Shown here: positions 49,306 through 61,010 of the stretch, piece after piece
Layout: every line of letters starts with the position of its first letter
Numbering within the stretch: position 1 is the stretch's first letter
Origin: Tricharina praecox
Lineage: Eukaryota
Assembly (NCBI RefSeq): GCF_024521635.1
Contig: NW_026250403.1
Location: 434,001-498,000, forward strand
Reading direction: 5' to 3'
Length of the DNA: 64,000 bases
Notes under the pieces: generated by a model
Databases searched by the model: none
What the model was told of the DNA's origin: nothing
The model's input: only the letters and a program-made list of their open reading frames with translations
Position numbers and translations under genes: made by a program

Positions 49306-49678
49306 AATATATGGTGCGATAGGCAGAGAAGACAAACCAAAACTTGTATAGTAGATGAGGAAGGTGGTTGTTTTTGTTCTGTGCAAGTTTTCTCTCTTTG
49401 GGGTATGTTATCGATGGTTATAGAAGAACGAACTGCGCCTGTCTACATCCACATCTCTGCGTGTCACTCGGTATTTGGCCCTGGTCTCTCCCGTTCGTGC
49501 CACCGCGGCATCTTTGAGTCCGGCTTGGCAGTCCGTCAGCGGGGAACGGGGGTGCTTGCAAGAGCAACACAGCTCCAACGATTTCAACAGCTAACTTCGT
49601 ATCCAATTCCCGTTCACAACAGACCCGCTCCATCCATCTCCTTCCCACTGGGTTTGTCATCACCTCAACACCACCACC

Positions 49679-50827
49679 ATGGCAAGCTCCCCAAGCTCCC
49701 ACAGTTTCATTCAATCACCAATCATCATAGCTAACCCCCGTAGCTTCTCCTCGAATACCACAACCTCCTCCTCAAGTCGATTCTCACAGAGCGGTTCGTG
49801 GAGGGCGCCAACCCGGTCTCAATCGACCAGGTGATCTCCGACTTCGACGGCGTAACCTTTCACGTATCGACGCCGGAGACAAAAACCAAGATCCTCATCA
49901 GCATCAGCATAAAGTGCTACGCGGAATTGGTGCAGCATGGGGCTCAGGATGTGCTCCAGCGCGAGTATGGCCAGTACATTACTACCACCGAGTCGGGTTA
50001 TGACTTCAGTCTACTCATTGACTTGGAGGACCTGCCGGCCGAGGCTGGTATGTTCACCTGCCTGCAACGGGGATGTATTTATGTGTGATGCTGATGTAGT
50101 GGATAGAGGCACGAGACGACCTAATCCGCCGCGTATCCCTCCTCCGCCGCAACACCATGGCAGCACCCTTCGAAAAAGCCATTGACACGCACCACGGACT
50201 CGCCGAGCAAGCCAAAGCATCGCTCGACGAGAGCGCGCCTGCCGCCACGCAAAGCGAAGTAATGGTGATCCGCTACCGCGACGAGGAAGCAATGTACATC
50301 CAGGCCTCGCACGACCGAGTGACCGTCATCTTCTCCACCGTCTTCCGCGAGGAGACCGACCGCATCTTCGGGAAGGTGTTCCTGTCCGAGTTTGTGGATG
50401 CACGGCGTCGCGCGTTACAGACGGCTCCGCAGGTCCTGTATATGAATGAGCCGCCGCTCGAGATCCGTGGAGTTCCCGGGGTTCTCGATGCGCAGGGTCA
50501 GGGCGCAGGAGATGTGGGCTACGTGACATTTGTACTCTCGCCGAGACATCTTACCCAGCAGCGGCGAGAGGAGAGTATCAGCCACATCCAGACGTTTAGG
50601 GATTACTTCCACTACCACATCAAGGCTGCTAAGGTGAGTGGATTTTGGGACACCGTCTTGGCAAGGACGGAGAAACTGATGAGAAGCAGGCTTATATGCA
50701 CTCGAGAATGCGCAGGAGGGTCGCAGACTTCTTGAAGGTGCTGAACCGGGCGAAGCCTGAGGCAGATGAGAGTGAGAAGAAGGAGAGGAAGACTGCGACT
50801 GGAAGAAGCTTCCAGGTCCAGGGATAG
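49679..50827 (+). CDS. ARC35: Arp2/3 complex 34-kDa subunit (ARPC2)
   Basis: M|LLLEYHN, SDFDGVTFH, DRVTVIFSTVFREETD, EFVDARRR, TFRDYFHYHIKAAKAYMHSRMR; first intron is GC-AG directly after the ATG. Confidence 0.95.
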
Positions 50828-51095
50828 GAATCTTGAATACTACGGAAGGGAGCAGCGGTTTAGATGGTGCATTGGATTCAGCGTGGCGAGCATCTGTGAT
50901 AGCAATACCTTAGTAGCGCAGTAGCTTATGATTCAAAAAGTGGACGTGGATAATATCGATGATTGTCACTCATCTATCCGTCAAAGTAGCAGTCTAAAAT
51001 GCTATCGCTTGCTTGCTAATGTTGAAAATGTTCAATTCTAAAGTTCCCTATCATCGTCAAGTAAATAGAGGCAACAGAACAATCAACAGCCACCA

Positions 51096-52339
51096 CTACG
51101 ACCAGCCATTGCCAGCACCATATGGCGTGCCCTGACCAAAGCCACCAGCACCCGCACCATACGGCGTCCTACTATCGCCCAAAGCCGCACCGGCACCGTA
51201 GGGCGTCTCGTATCCACCACCCATGCCGCCCATAGCGTAATCCTGTCCGGGACTCCTCACACCGTCGTCACCCTCCTCACGGAAGGTCTTGATGACAGCC
51301 GCCAGCTTCTCCTGTAGGTACTTGATTCCCTGTTGCATGATCTCATCCGGTGGCATGGAACCGACACTCTCGATGTCCATGAAAAAGCGGGTGGGCACAG
51401 CGTCGTAGTTGAATGGTTCACCCTCGAGCGGGGGATCCTCCCACGAGGCAAACTTGGATTTCGGCCTTTCATATTCCATCAGCAAACCCGCCAGGCAAAG
51501 CCATCTTTCCAGGATGGGGATGTATACCATTCGTCCTTCGCGTCTATCTCGTACCAGTAGTCAAGATGCTTCAGCCTGTTGTGTGGATCGTACTCGAAGC
51601 CAAGGGCAGCCACCGGCGACCACTTGGCATGTTCCTTGCTGATGCCCTTCTTCGCAATGCACTTCAACTTCAGCTCCTGGTTCTTTCTGAGCTTGGCGAT
51701 GATTGCTCCCTGGCCCTCGGGATCATTGATAACCGGCGAGCCCAGCTGCGCTCCTTCCGCGACCGCCAGGTCCCGCGCGTACACGGTCATGGGCGAGTCG
51801 GAGGTGCACCGCGCGTTCAGGGTGAGGGTCACGGAACATCGCTCGCAGTATTGGTCGCATGAACAGTCGCGACTGTAGATGAGCTTGTCGTCGATGTTCG
51901 TGCTGTCCAGCGGGATCAGTCCGAGCCTGTGCGAGAGGAATTCGTCCGGGATCACGGAGGTGTTGGTGTCGATTTCCACTAGGTCGATTGCTGCGCGGTG
52001 TTAGTGTGTGCCGATGTTGTTGTCGCTGTTGATAGCAGTGGCGGTGGAGAGAGGAGGGGAGGAATACCGATCGTTGGCACCTCGGCCATCATGACTCGGC
52101 GCCATGAGTTTGCGAAGCTGCGACGGACGGCATGTTAGCCACGAAGGTAGAAGGTCGGTGGATGTGACGCACGCAAGATCACAGTTCGAGAGCGCGATCT
52201 GCGCATGTCGGGAGTCCGCTTCTTTGATTGTGATTTGAGCTGTGCGTGGCAAAGCTAATTAGCTGCGGAAGATGTTGCAGCCAGCGCAGGCAAACTCACG
52301 ACCACGGTCATTGCCGTAAATCTGGTCGTAGTCGTCCAT
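51096..52339 (-). CDS. RPB3: RNA polymerase II subunit Rpb3
   Basis: FANSWRRVMMAEVPTIAID, NTSVIPDEFLSHRLGLIPL, zinc site CSCDQYCERC, AKKGISKEHAKW, FEYDPHNRLKH; 4 introns. Confidence 0.95.
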
Positions 52340-52920
52340 AGTGATCGTGCGATGGGCGATATCGCGGGATGCGGTGGTAGTGGTGATAGGGCGGTAGTGG
52401 TGGCAGTGGTGGAGGATGGGTATTGACAAGTAGGTGGTGGTTGTGAGCTTCTATGAGGTTCTATGGAGAGTTGGGTGTTGGAGTGAGCGTCGCGATTCAC
52501 GATTAAACGTGTCGCCGCTAGTGTTACTGCAGCTAACACAGTCACACCGCGTCACTCGTCGTATGACAACCTTATTCACCCAACAGTTTTAAATTTGTCT
52601 CGGGTGATCATTAGATCAGTCAATCAGCTTGCTAGAACACGGGAGATGCAGGATACGTGTCTACAGCATGGCAGCCGTGGCTAGGAATTGACTCTGCAGC
52701 AGCGGCACGGAGCACTAAAAATGCCACAACGGAGAGACTTCCGAGATGGGTGACCTGCAACCTTGCAGAAATCATGATTGGCATTACTCTATGGAAGAAC
52801 TGCCCGTATACAGTCCTCCTACACAATTATCTAACTGTAATATGATGGTATCTGGTATCCCTAGGAAGCAAACAAAAAAAAAAGTAGAAAACACCCAAAG
52901 ACAAACATTAGGTAGAGCCA

Positions 52921-53991
52921 TTAGAATCCCTCCGCCTTCATGACCGTCTCGCCGCCTCCATACCATAACCGCCCGCCCCTACAATCGATCCCTCTATCTT
53001 CACCGACAAACCACTCTCCCTCCCAGTTCTCGATCTCCTGGTTGATCTCCCACACCTTCTCCATCCAGGCCTGCATCTTCGCCCTGTCCACAGCTCCACT
53101 CTCATCCTCATGATCCTTCGAAGTGACAAACCTCGCAATGGTGATATGCGCGCTAGGCACGATATACCGACTGGTGACACCAACATTGGCGCCCTTACTC
53201 ATAGCATAGAAGTCGCGTCGGAGGTGATGATATGTGTACTCATCGCTCTCCTTACCGGCCGCAGGGACAAAGCTGACCGCCAACGCGGCGGCATCAAAGC
53301 TCAGCATGGGCTTCACCAGCCGCGCGCGGTGAGTTTTCGGATGGTTGACGATCTTCTCCAAGCCTGGCTTCATGCGCTCAATCAGCGTCTCGATGAACTC
53401 CGCCGTCGTGGAGTGCGTAATCTCCAGCACGGTGAGATGCAGGTTCTCGCGTGGCATGATCCAGAGGTCCGGCGCGAGCTCCTTCAGCTTCAGCTGGATG
53501 AGTCCGATCAGGTCCATTACGGGGACTGTTGGCCGCGCCCAGTAGACGAGGCAGTTGCGCGGGTCGATTTCATCTTCTCTGCGTTTCCGAGGCGATCCGG
53601 GGAAGGCGTATTGCACCGCCGGGGAGTCCCGTGTGTACTCTAGCTCCTGTAGGATCGGGTCGATGGTGACGCCTGGGAAATCGGCCGACAGCAGCCGTGT
53701 TCGCTGGTTTGCGTTGCGTGTTGTACGGTGGGTCTGGTAAGCGGCTTGGATTTGTGCCTAGGGGAGGGTTAGGATTGCAGGAGAGCTGGGGAAGCTGTCG
53801 GGACTTACTGGATCGCGCTCGCAAGCTTCGATTAGAGCATCGTACGGGTTCTCGTACTCGGGATTTGGGGTCCCGGTGGGAGATGTTCGCTTAGAAGAGA
53901 TCCCCGAGAGATCCTCGAAACTGTTGACTGCGTCCGTGCCGATTCCGGTCATGATGATGGGCTCCACGGGGGGCGGTGGTGGTGGGGCCAT
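52921..53991 (-). CDS. 2H phosphoesterase (LigT-like RNA ligase / cyclic nucleotide phosphodiesterase fold)
   Basis: Two HxT motifs (LHLTVLE, AHITIARF), DPRNCLVYWARP, YTYHHLRRD, GRLWYGGG; one intron. Confidence 0.75.
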
Positions 53992-54300
53992 GGTTGTTTG
54001 GTCTCGCTTTGATCGCTGTGCGTCGGCGGCTGTTGTGCGGGATTTATATAGGAAGCTTGACCGTAGACGCAGGTATCGATGGATGCCAGGCAGAGACAAA
54101 ACAATGGATAGAGAGAGGAATATATATAAAGTCGCGAACGAGCAGAGAGAGCTCGGAATAAGGACGGATAGGACGGACATGGCAGAATCGGACACAGAAG
54201 ATCTCAATATGGCAGGCAGACAGATTCACAGCCCCTTTCTTTGACGAAGGGCAATTCCTATCCCCTCTTTAAGTATTCTTCAGGACCTCATCCCGCAGGC

Positions 54301-54474
54301 GCTACATACGGGTTGTCTGAAGTTCACGGCACAGAACTGTCTCAACTTCAGCCAGCTCACCCGGGACAGACATGTAGCAAAAAAAAGCGATCGCTTCAAT
54401 GACGACAAGTAGGGACCGGTGTCCGGACGAATCCCACTAGTTGCCTTATCGGCTTCGCAGGCAGCCAACAAGAG
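54301..54474 (+). ncRNA. Candidate structured ncRNA (hairpin - A-rich hinge - hairpin - ACA; H/ACA-like)
   Basis: Stems GCTACAT/ATGTAGC and CTGAAGTT/AACTTCAG, an A8 hinge, second hairpin AGTAGGGA-CCGG/CCGG-TCCCACT, downstream ACA; no target identified. Confidence 0.3.
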
Positions 54475-54811
54475 AAGTGAAATCCGTGCGAACTTGATTA
54501 TTTCTATTCCCTTTCGAGTAACACCCAAAGCTACTGAGACAGGCACCCTCGGAAAAGGTACGAGGACATGCATGCATGTCAGAAAGCCGGAAGCATTATC
54601 ATTTTGGTACAGAATCCGCACGGAAAAACAGCTCAATAAAACTCCAGTTCCGCAATCATCATCGGGCGCCGGTTCCCCCCAACAATGATGCAGCAATTCC
54701 AACCCACGAGCGACACACGGGTTTAGATTCGTTTTATATCCATGACACCGCCTGTCCAGGAGAAAAGTAGAACACGAAAAAAAACGAAGCGGCTTTGAAT
54801 TTCCCACCCAT

Positions 54812-55753
54812 CTAGAAAACAAGAGCAGCACCCTTGGTCTTCTTGTCACCACTATTGAGCAGTTAGCACCTATCTTCAGACGATAGCGGATGTCTGGATC
54901 GACGTACCCAAGCTCGAAGTGCTTGCAACGCTTCAAAGCCAGCTGAGCCTTGGTCTTGCAGACAGTGCACTCCAACCGCAGAACGACCTTCTTTGTAGTC
55001 TTGGCTGTTGTTGTTGTCAGACATGTTCCGACTCATGCGGAGATTCAGCGGATAACGAACCCTTCTTGTGGAAGACAGGCTTGGTCTGACCACCGTAACC
55101 AGACTGCTTGCGATCGTAACGACGCTTTCCCTGAGCGAAAAGCGAAGCCTTTCCAGCCTTGTACTGGGTGACCTTGTGCTGGGTGTGCTTCTTGCAAGAC
55201 TTGCCCTTGCAGTAGGTCTTGCGGGTCTTGGGGACGTTGACCTGTGTACAAGTATTTGGGTTAGCAACCGCAAATATTGACGCAGCATAACTCATGCACA
55301 AAAGATGAAGGCTCCGGGGAGCTTCGTTCTCTTCCTCGTGGCGGGACTGTGGCGTGGGCGGTGGCGGTAGTGACGGCGGATGCGGAGGCAGACGGCAGGG
55401 GGCTATGATCGGTCTCTGAATGTTGATATTCGAGTATTGTTTGTCATCGAAGGTAAAGATAGTCGTGTTCGTGGTCGGCCCAATATGAGCTTCCAGCATC
55501 GAACATCACGTTCAAGCTCCGCCCAGTACCATCCCGTCATCCCCCTGCTAGCCGTTGCTTCCCAAGCCGTCCAGATCGCTCCGCAGCTCATCCGTCCGTC
55601 CGTCCACAATACTCGCAAGTTCTCATTATTGTTGTTGCTGTTGTCCATTTGCCCCGCGCCACAGACGCCAGTGATGTTGTTGCCACATTCGCCATCCCGG
55701 AGCCGAAACATGCGAAAATCCGCAAAAATAATCCGAGAGAGAGGTCTCACCAT
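54812..55753 (-). CDS. RPL44: 60S ribosomal protein eL42 (L44/L36a)
   Basis: ATG alone in exon 1, then [28 protein letters not shown]...[27 protein letters not shown]...GAALVF; intron 1 is 509 nt (55750-55242). Confidence 0.96.
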
Positions 55754-55921
55754 CTTGATGTATCTGGGTGGTGAAGCAGCTGCGAGGTGGTCGTGTCGGT
55801 CGTTTGGCGTCGGCGTCGGCGGGGTGTCGTAGTTGTTCGATTTGTCGTGTAGCTCCCCTCTGCGAAATCCAAATTCTGTGTGGATCTTGTGAGATTTGTG
55901 GGGTCTCGCAGCGTAAACGAG

Positions 55922-55928
55922 TTAGGGC
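55922..55928 (-). promoter_or_regulatory. GCCCTAA motif upstream of RPL44
   Basis: TTAGGGC on the plus strand about 170 nt upstream of the RPL44 ATG; resembles a motif associated with ribosomal-protein promoters in filamentous ascomycetes. Confidence 0.35.
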
Positions 55929-56349
55929 AGGGTTTCGCAGTCCCATCATACATGCTCACTCGGTAAAGCCACCCAGTTATTGAAAAATGATCATACAGTG
56001 TCAAACTGGAAGAAAAAGGATAGCTTACAAAAAACCCCGAACAGAAAATGAGCTTTTTGAAATGTGTTCTGTATTATAAGCTTGGCGTTCTCCAGCCACA
56101 ACATCAGCCACCGCTGCCGTAACTGCTAGAGCTTAACGATCGAGTAAACTGGCCTCTCCGTAACCAGGGTGCTGCTCACTCGCCGGATCTCGAATACAAC
56201 CCACATCCCCTCATTGCATCGCATCTTTCCTATCAACTTTCTCCCAGCATTACCCAAACGACCGTGGCCCAACCGCAAGAACCCCGGCCAAAGTTATCTT
56301 CCAGTCACGACTTTACGACTCCCCCGCAACTGAGTGTACCCTCCAGAGC

Positions 56350-59300
56350 ATGGCCAAAATAAGAGATATCCAACGCACAGCGGCCTTCGCGTGGGCCCCA
56401 GATACGCAACCCTTCATCGCGACAGGTACCCAGGCGGGTGCTGTCTCAGCAGACTTTTCGGACAACACCCAGCTGGAGCTATGGGATCTCGACTTGGGGG
56501 GTAATTCCCAGGCAGAGCTATCACCAGTAGCCGCAGTGAACACAGACTCGAAGTCGGTCGACCCCATGCCACCCCTGATGCTCAACGGAAACTATGAAGC
56601 TGCCTGGAGCTTGAAGAGCTAATCAGTATCTCACCGGTAGGTTCTACGATATCGCTTGGGGCCGGTTGGGCAACGATAAACCTAGGGGCATAATCGCCGG
56701 CGCGCTAGAGAACGGCTCCCTGGACCTCTGGAGTGCCGACGCTCTGCTCAACAACTCCGGAGACTCCTTGATTTCGCAAACGAAAAAGCATAGCGGCGCC
56801 ATCAAGTCGTTGCAATTCAATCCTTTCAAATCAGAACTCCTGGCAACGGCCGGCGAAAAGGGGGAGGTGAGCGACGCCGCTTGATATCCTTACACCTCCG
56901 AAGTTAACCATCTGCTGTAGCTCTACGTATGGGATCTCAACAACACCGACAACCCCTTTATGCTGGGCAATAAGGTGGCTAGAGCGGATGACTTCGACTG
57001 CCTAGACTGGAACAAGAAAGTTCCGCACATTCTGGTTACTGGCGGGAGTGGGGGATTTCTTACGGTGTGGGATGTTAAGCAAAAGAAGGAGTCGCTCACT
57101 CTCAACAACCTCAACCGCAAAGCTGTCAGCGCAGTGGCGTGGCACCCGGAACAGCAGACCAAGCTTATCACCGCCGTTCCAGATGACCAGAATCCCGTCA
57201 TCCTTCTCTGGGATTTGAGGAACTCGAATGCGCCTGAACGAGTGAGAAGCCTTTAGCGTAGTATCCCGATGCACCTGCTAATGATTTATACAGACTCTTA
57301 CTGGACACAGTGCTGGCGTTTTGTCACTCTCCTGGTGCGGACAGGACAGTGACTTGCTCCTATCGTCTGGAAAGGACAACCGGTCTATCTGCTGGAACCC
57401 GCAAACTGGTGAGATGTTGGGTGAATTCCCGGTGGTCACCAATTGGACATTCAAGACAACCTTCCATCCCCGCAACCCCACCTTCATCGCCACTGCATCC
57501 TACGACGGCAAAATTGCCATCCGGACATTACAGAACACCAACCCGCAAGTGGATACCGGCGCACCTGCCACTGCCGATGATGATGATTTCTTCAGTAGGG
57601 CCAGCAACGCGCAGACTTCGTCGTTTACCCTAGGACAGACTCCTAAGTGGTTGAAGCGTCCCGCCGGTGCGACTTTTGCCTTTGGCGGTAAGCTGGTTAG
57701 CTTTGCCAGCTCGGCGCCGCACCAGTCGACGGTTAAAATTTCCACTGTCGCGATCGACTCCGGCGTGAGTGATGCGACGGAGCGTTTCGAAAAGGCGATT
57801 CAGGAGGGAAATCTTGCTGCTATCTGTGACGAGAAGGCCCAAGATGCAAAGTCGGAGGAGGAGAAGTCGGAGTGGCAGGTGTTGAAGGCGTTGTTTGACG
57901 TCAATACCAAGGAGAAGTTAGTAGAACACCTTGGATTCAAGGCGGAAGACATATCGACGCCAAAACTGGAGAAGTCAGAAGGCGAGACCGAGGAGAAGGC
58001 AGAAGATGAAGATAAGGCGCATGCTCGGAAAGAGAGCAGACTGTCTTCTTTCTTTGCCGATGGAGATGACTCGGAGAACTTTTTGGCCGGCTTGTCCATC
58101 CAGTCGACTCAGACGGCCAGGACGAACAACCCGTTCCGGATATTCACTGGTGACGAAACCGACGCCGACAAGGCCATCACCAAGGCTGTAGTTTTGGGAG
58201 AATATGACAGGGCTGTCGATATGTGTCTGAAGGAAGACCGGATCTCGGATGCATTCATGCTTGCTATTTGCGGCGGGGACAAGTGCATTGACAAAGTTAA
58301 GGCTGCGTACTTCACCAAGAGGCACGATGGTCCTAACTACCTCCGTCTGCTGGCTTCCGTCGTTGGTAAGAACATGTGGGATATTGTTCACAACGCGGAC
58401 ATTGCGAACTGGAAGGAGGTTATTGTTGCACTCTGCACCCATGCCGACGAGAAGGAGTTCAATGATCTCTGTGAGGCGCTGGGTGACCGCCTGGAAGATG
58501 AATATCGGGCCAAGAACGAGGCTGAGCTCCGTGCGGCTGCTTCGCTCTGCTACCTGGCTGGATCGAAGCTCCACAAGCTCATCAACATCTGGATTAGTGA
58601 GTTTCAGGAAGGGGAGCGGGCTGGCTTACAAGAGGAATCCGAGGACTCCACGTTCTCGGTCCACGCGAAATCGTTGCAGAATTTCATTGAAAAGGTTACT
58701 GTTTTCCGGGAGGCTGTCAAGTTCGTCGACGAGGAGAAGTCCCTTCCGTCTGGGTGGAAGCTCAACTCACTTTACGAGAAATACTGCGAGTATGCCGACA
58801 TTGTCGCCTCTCACGGTCAGTTGAGCATCGCCGGGAAATACCTGGATCTTTTGCCTCAAGATTATCCTGCCGCTATGGTTGCAAGAAACCGCATTAAGCA
58901 GGCTACTACAACTAAAGCTACTGCCACCACCGCCACCACCACCGCCGCCACCACCACCACCACTACTGCTGCTGCTGCTGCTGCTGCTGCGGCTCGCAAG
59001 CAACCAGTACCTGCTACAACTGGATACAGACCGACACAACCCTTCATGTCCACACAGCAGTCGACCATGCAAAATGCATACGCTCCGCCAACTACAGCTC
59101 CTGCTGCAACGAACCAGTACATGCCACCCGCCTCAAACCCAGCCCAATCCAACATGTATGCCCCGGCCGGCCAGCAGTCCGCCTACAAGAGTCCTTACCA
59201 GCCCACCATAACTGCCCCCACTGGACCGTACACTCCTCAATACCCAGGGTCCACATTCACCCCAGCCGGAATGGCCCCTCCACCCAAGCAGTTCGCCCCG

Positions 59301-60397
59301 CCTCCCTCGGCTCCACCCAAGCAAGGAGCTACCGCCAACTGGAACGACACCCCCGAGGTCATCAGACCGGCTAGGAGAGCTGTCACACCTGCGGCACCCC
59401 CGGCGCCCAGCACGTCGCCGTTCCCGGGAGCTCCGCCAGTCTACACCCCGCCCCAGCCTGGCGCGCCATGGGGTGCTCCTCCTCCAAGGGCGACTCCTCC
59501 ACCACCCCCTAAGGGTGCTGCTCCTCCCAACCGAGTGCAATCTCCTGCCGGGCAGATTAGATCCGCATCACCTGCGCTCGCCGGCACCGGTTATCAAGCA
59601 GCACCACCCCACAATCCCTATGCCCCTCCTCCCGCACAGCCATCCACCTCTGGCCGATACACTCCCCAGCCGGTTGCCCAATCCCCATTAGCAGGTCCTT
59701 CCGGTGGACGTGCGGGCCCGCCCCAGGGTAACGTCATTCCAGGACTACCTGCATCCGGCCCACGGTATGCTCCCCCACCCACAGCATTTGGACAGCCCTC
59801 TACGACTTTGCCGTATGGATCGCAGCCGCCGCCACCGATGGCGCCCCAGTACGCTCCGCAAGTGCCGCAGCTACCCCCACAGAGTCAGTACGGACCTCCC
59901 CCGGGCGCCCAGGGACCCCCGCCTCCTCGGTCTGGCCCTCCACCTGCCGCGGCACCTCCGCCAAAGCCCGCAACGCCTACCCCTCAACCGATCAAGCATC
60001 GTAAGCTCTCCCCTACTTCCCGTAGCCATGTACCGTACTCACAATGCCAATAGCCAAGGGCGATCGTTCACATATCCCGCCCCAGCACATGCCGATCTTC
60101 GAGCTATTGTCTGCGGACATGGAACGAGTTAAGGCACGTGCGCCTCCGGATTTCTCTCGCCAGGTCACGGATACCGAAAAGCGGTTGAACATTCTGTTTG
60201 ACCATCTCAATAACGAGGATCTGCTGTCAGCGGAGACTCTGGAGAGTATGGCCACCCTTGCCAAGGCTCTTGCTGCTAAAGACTACAACACCGCGCGTAA
60301 CATCCAGGTGAATTTGTTGACCAACAAGACCGCTGAGTGCACACAGTGGATGACGGGAGTCAAGAGGTTGATCGACATGAGTCCTGTGGCGGAGTAG
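56350..60397 (+). CDS. SEC31: COPII outer coat protein Sec31
   Basis: N-terminal WD40 ([30 protein letters not shown]), [22 protein letters not shown]1 helical region, Pro-rich region, C-terminal [15 protein letters not shown]...WMTGVKRLI; 4 introns. Confidence 0.97.
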
Positions 60398-61010
60398 GCT
60401 AGATAGACGGACGAACGGGCTTAATGAGAAGGTGCTAGGGATGGGCGGCGATGTTTCTGTTTCGTTGTTTCATTTTTCATGTCGTTTGAATGTTGTCTCT
60501 GATAAAAGCGCGGCTGTTTCTGTGACGATGATGAGTGCTTTCGGTTGAAGTGCTTGTGGATATGGATTCTAGGCACCCTAGATACTGCGTGCTTGTAATA
60601 ACTTCTATCTGTTCATCTTGGCTGCCTCTAATGGTTTGTGTGTATCCGTGGCTATTCAGGACCACATTTGGTAGTTATGGCGTCTGGAAAGCGGTAGACG
60701 GCCGTACAGCCTGGCCACGGGTGATGTATCATATCTGTCCTAAAGTATCAGCCCCAGCCGGACATGGATCCTCCTTGGCGACCATCGAGCTTTGGATGCC
60801 ACATGCAGAGCACATGTGATCTGCCAAGTGACCGTTGGTGTTGGAATTTATCTAGAAGGTTAAGCACTTACATACGTCGAGAATTCACATCTTATATCTG
60901 CACCCTCCATACGAACAAACTTTATCGTCATCACGAAGCTCTAACACGTATACCGGCGCGCGTATAATCCTTCACGAACACCCTAGCAACGAAACACCAT
61001 CGACAACGCC

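Noticed and set aside
55068-55095. Possible cycloheximide-resistance allele of eL42
   Set aside because: The sequence is [10 protein letters not shown] with the ordinary proline (sensitive type), not glutamine
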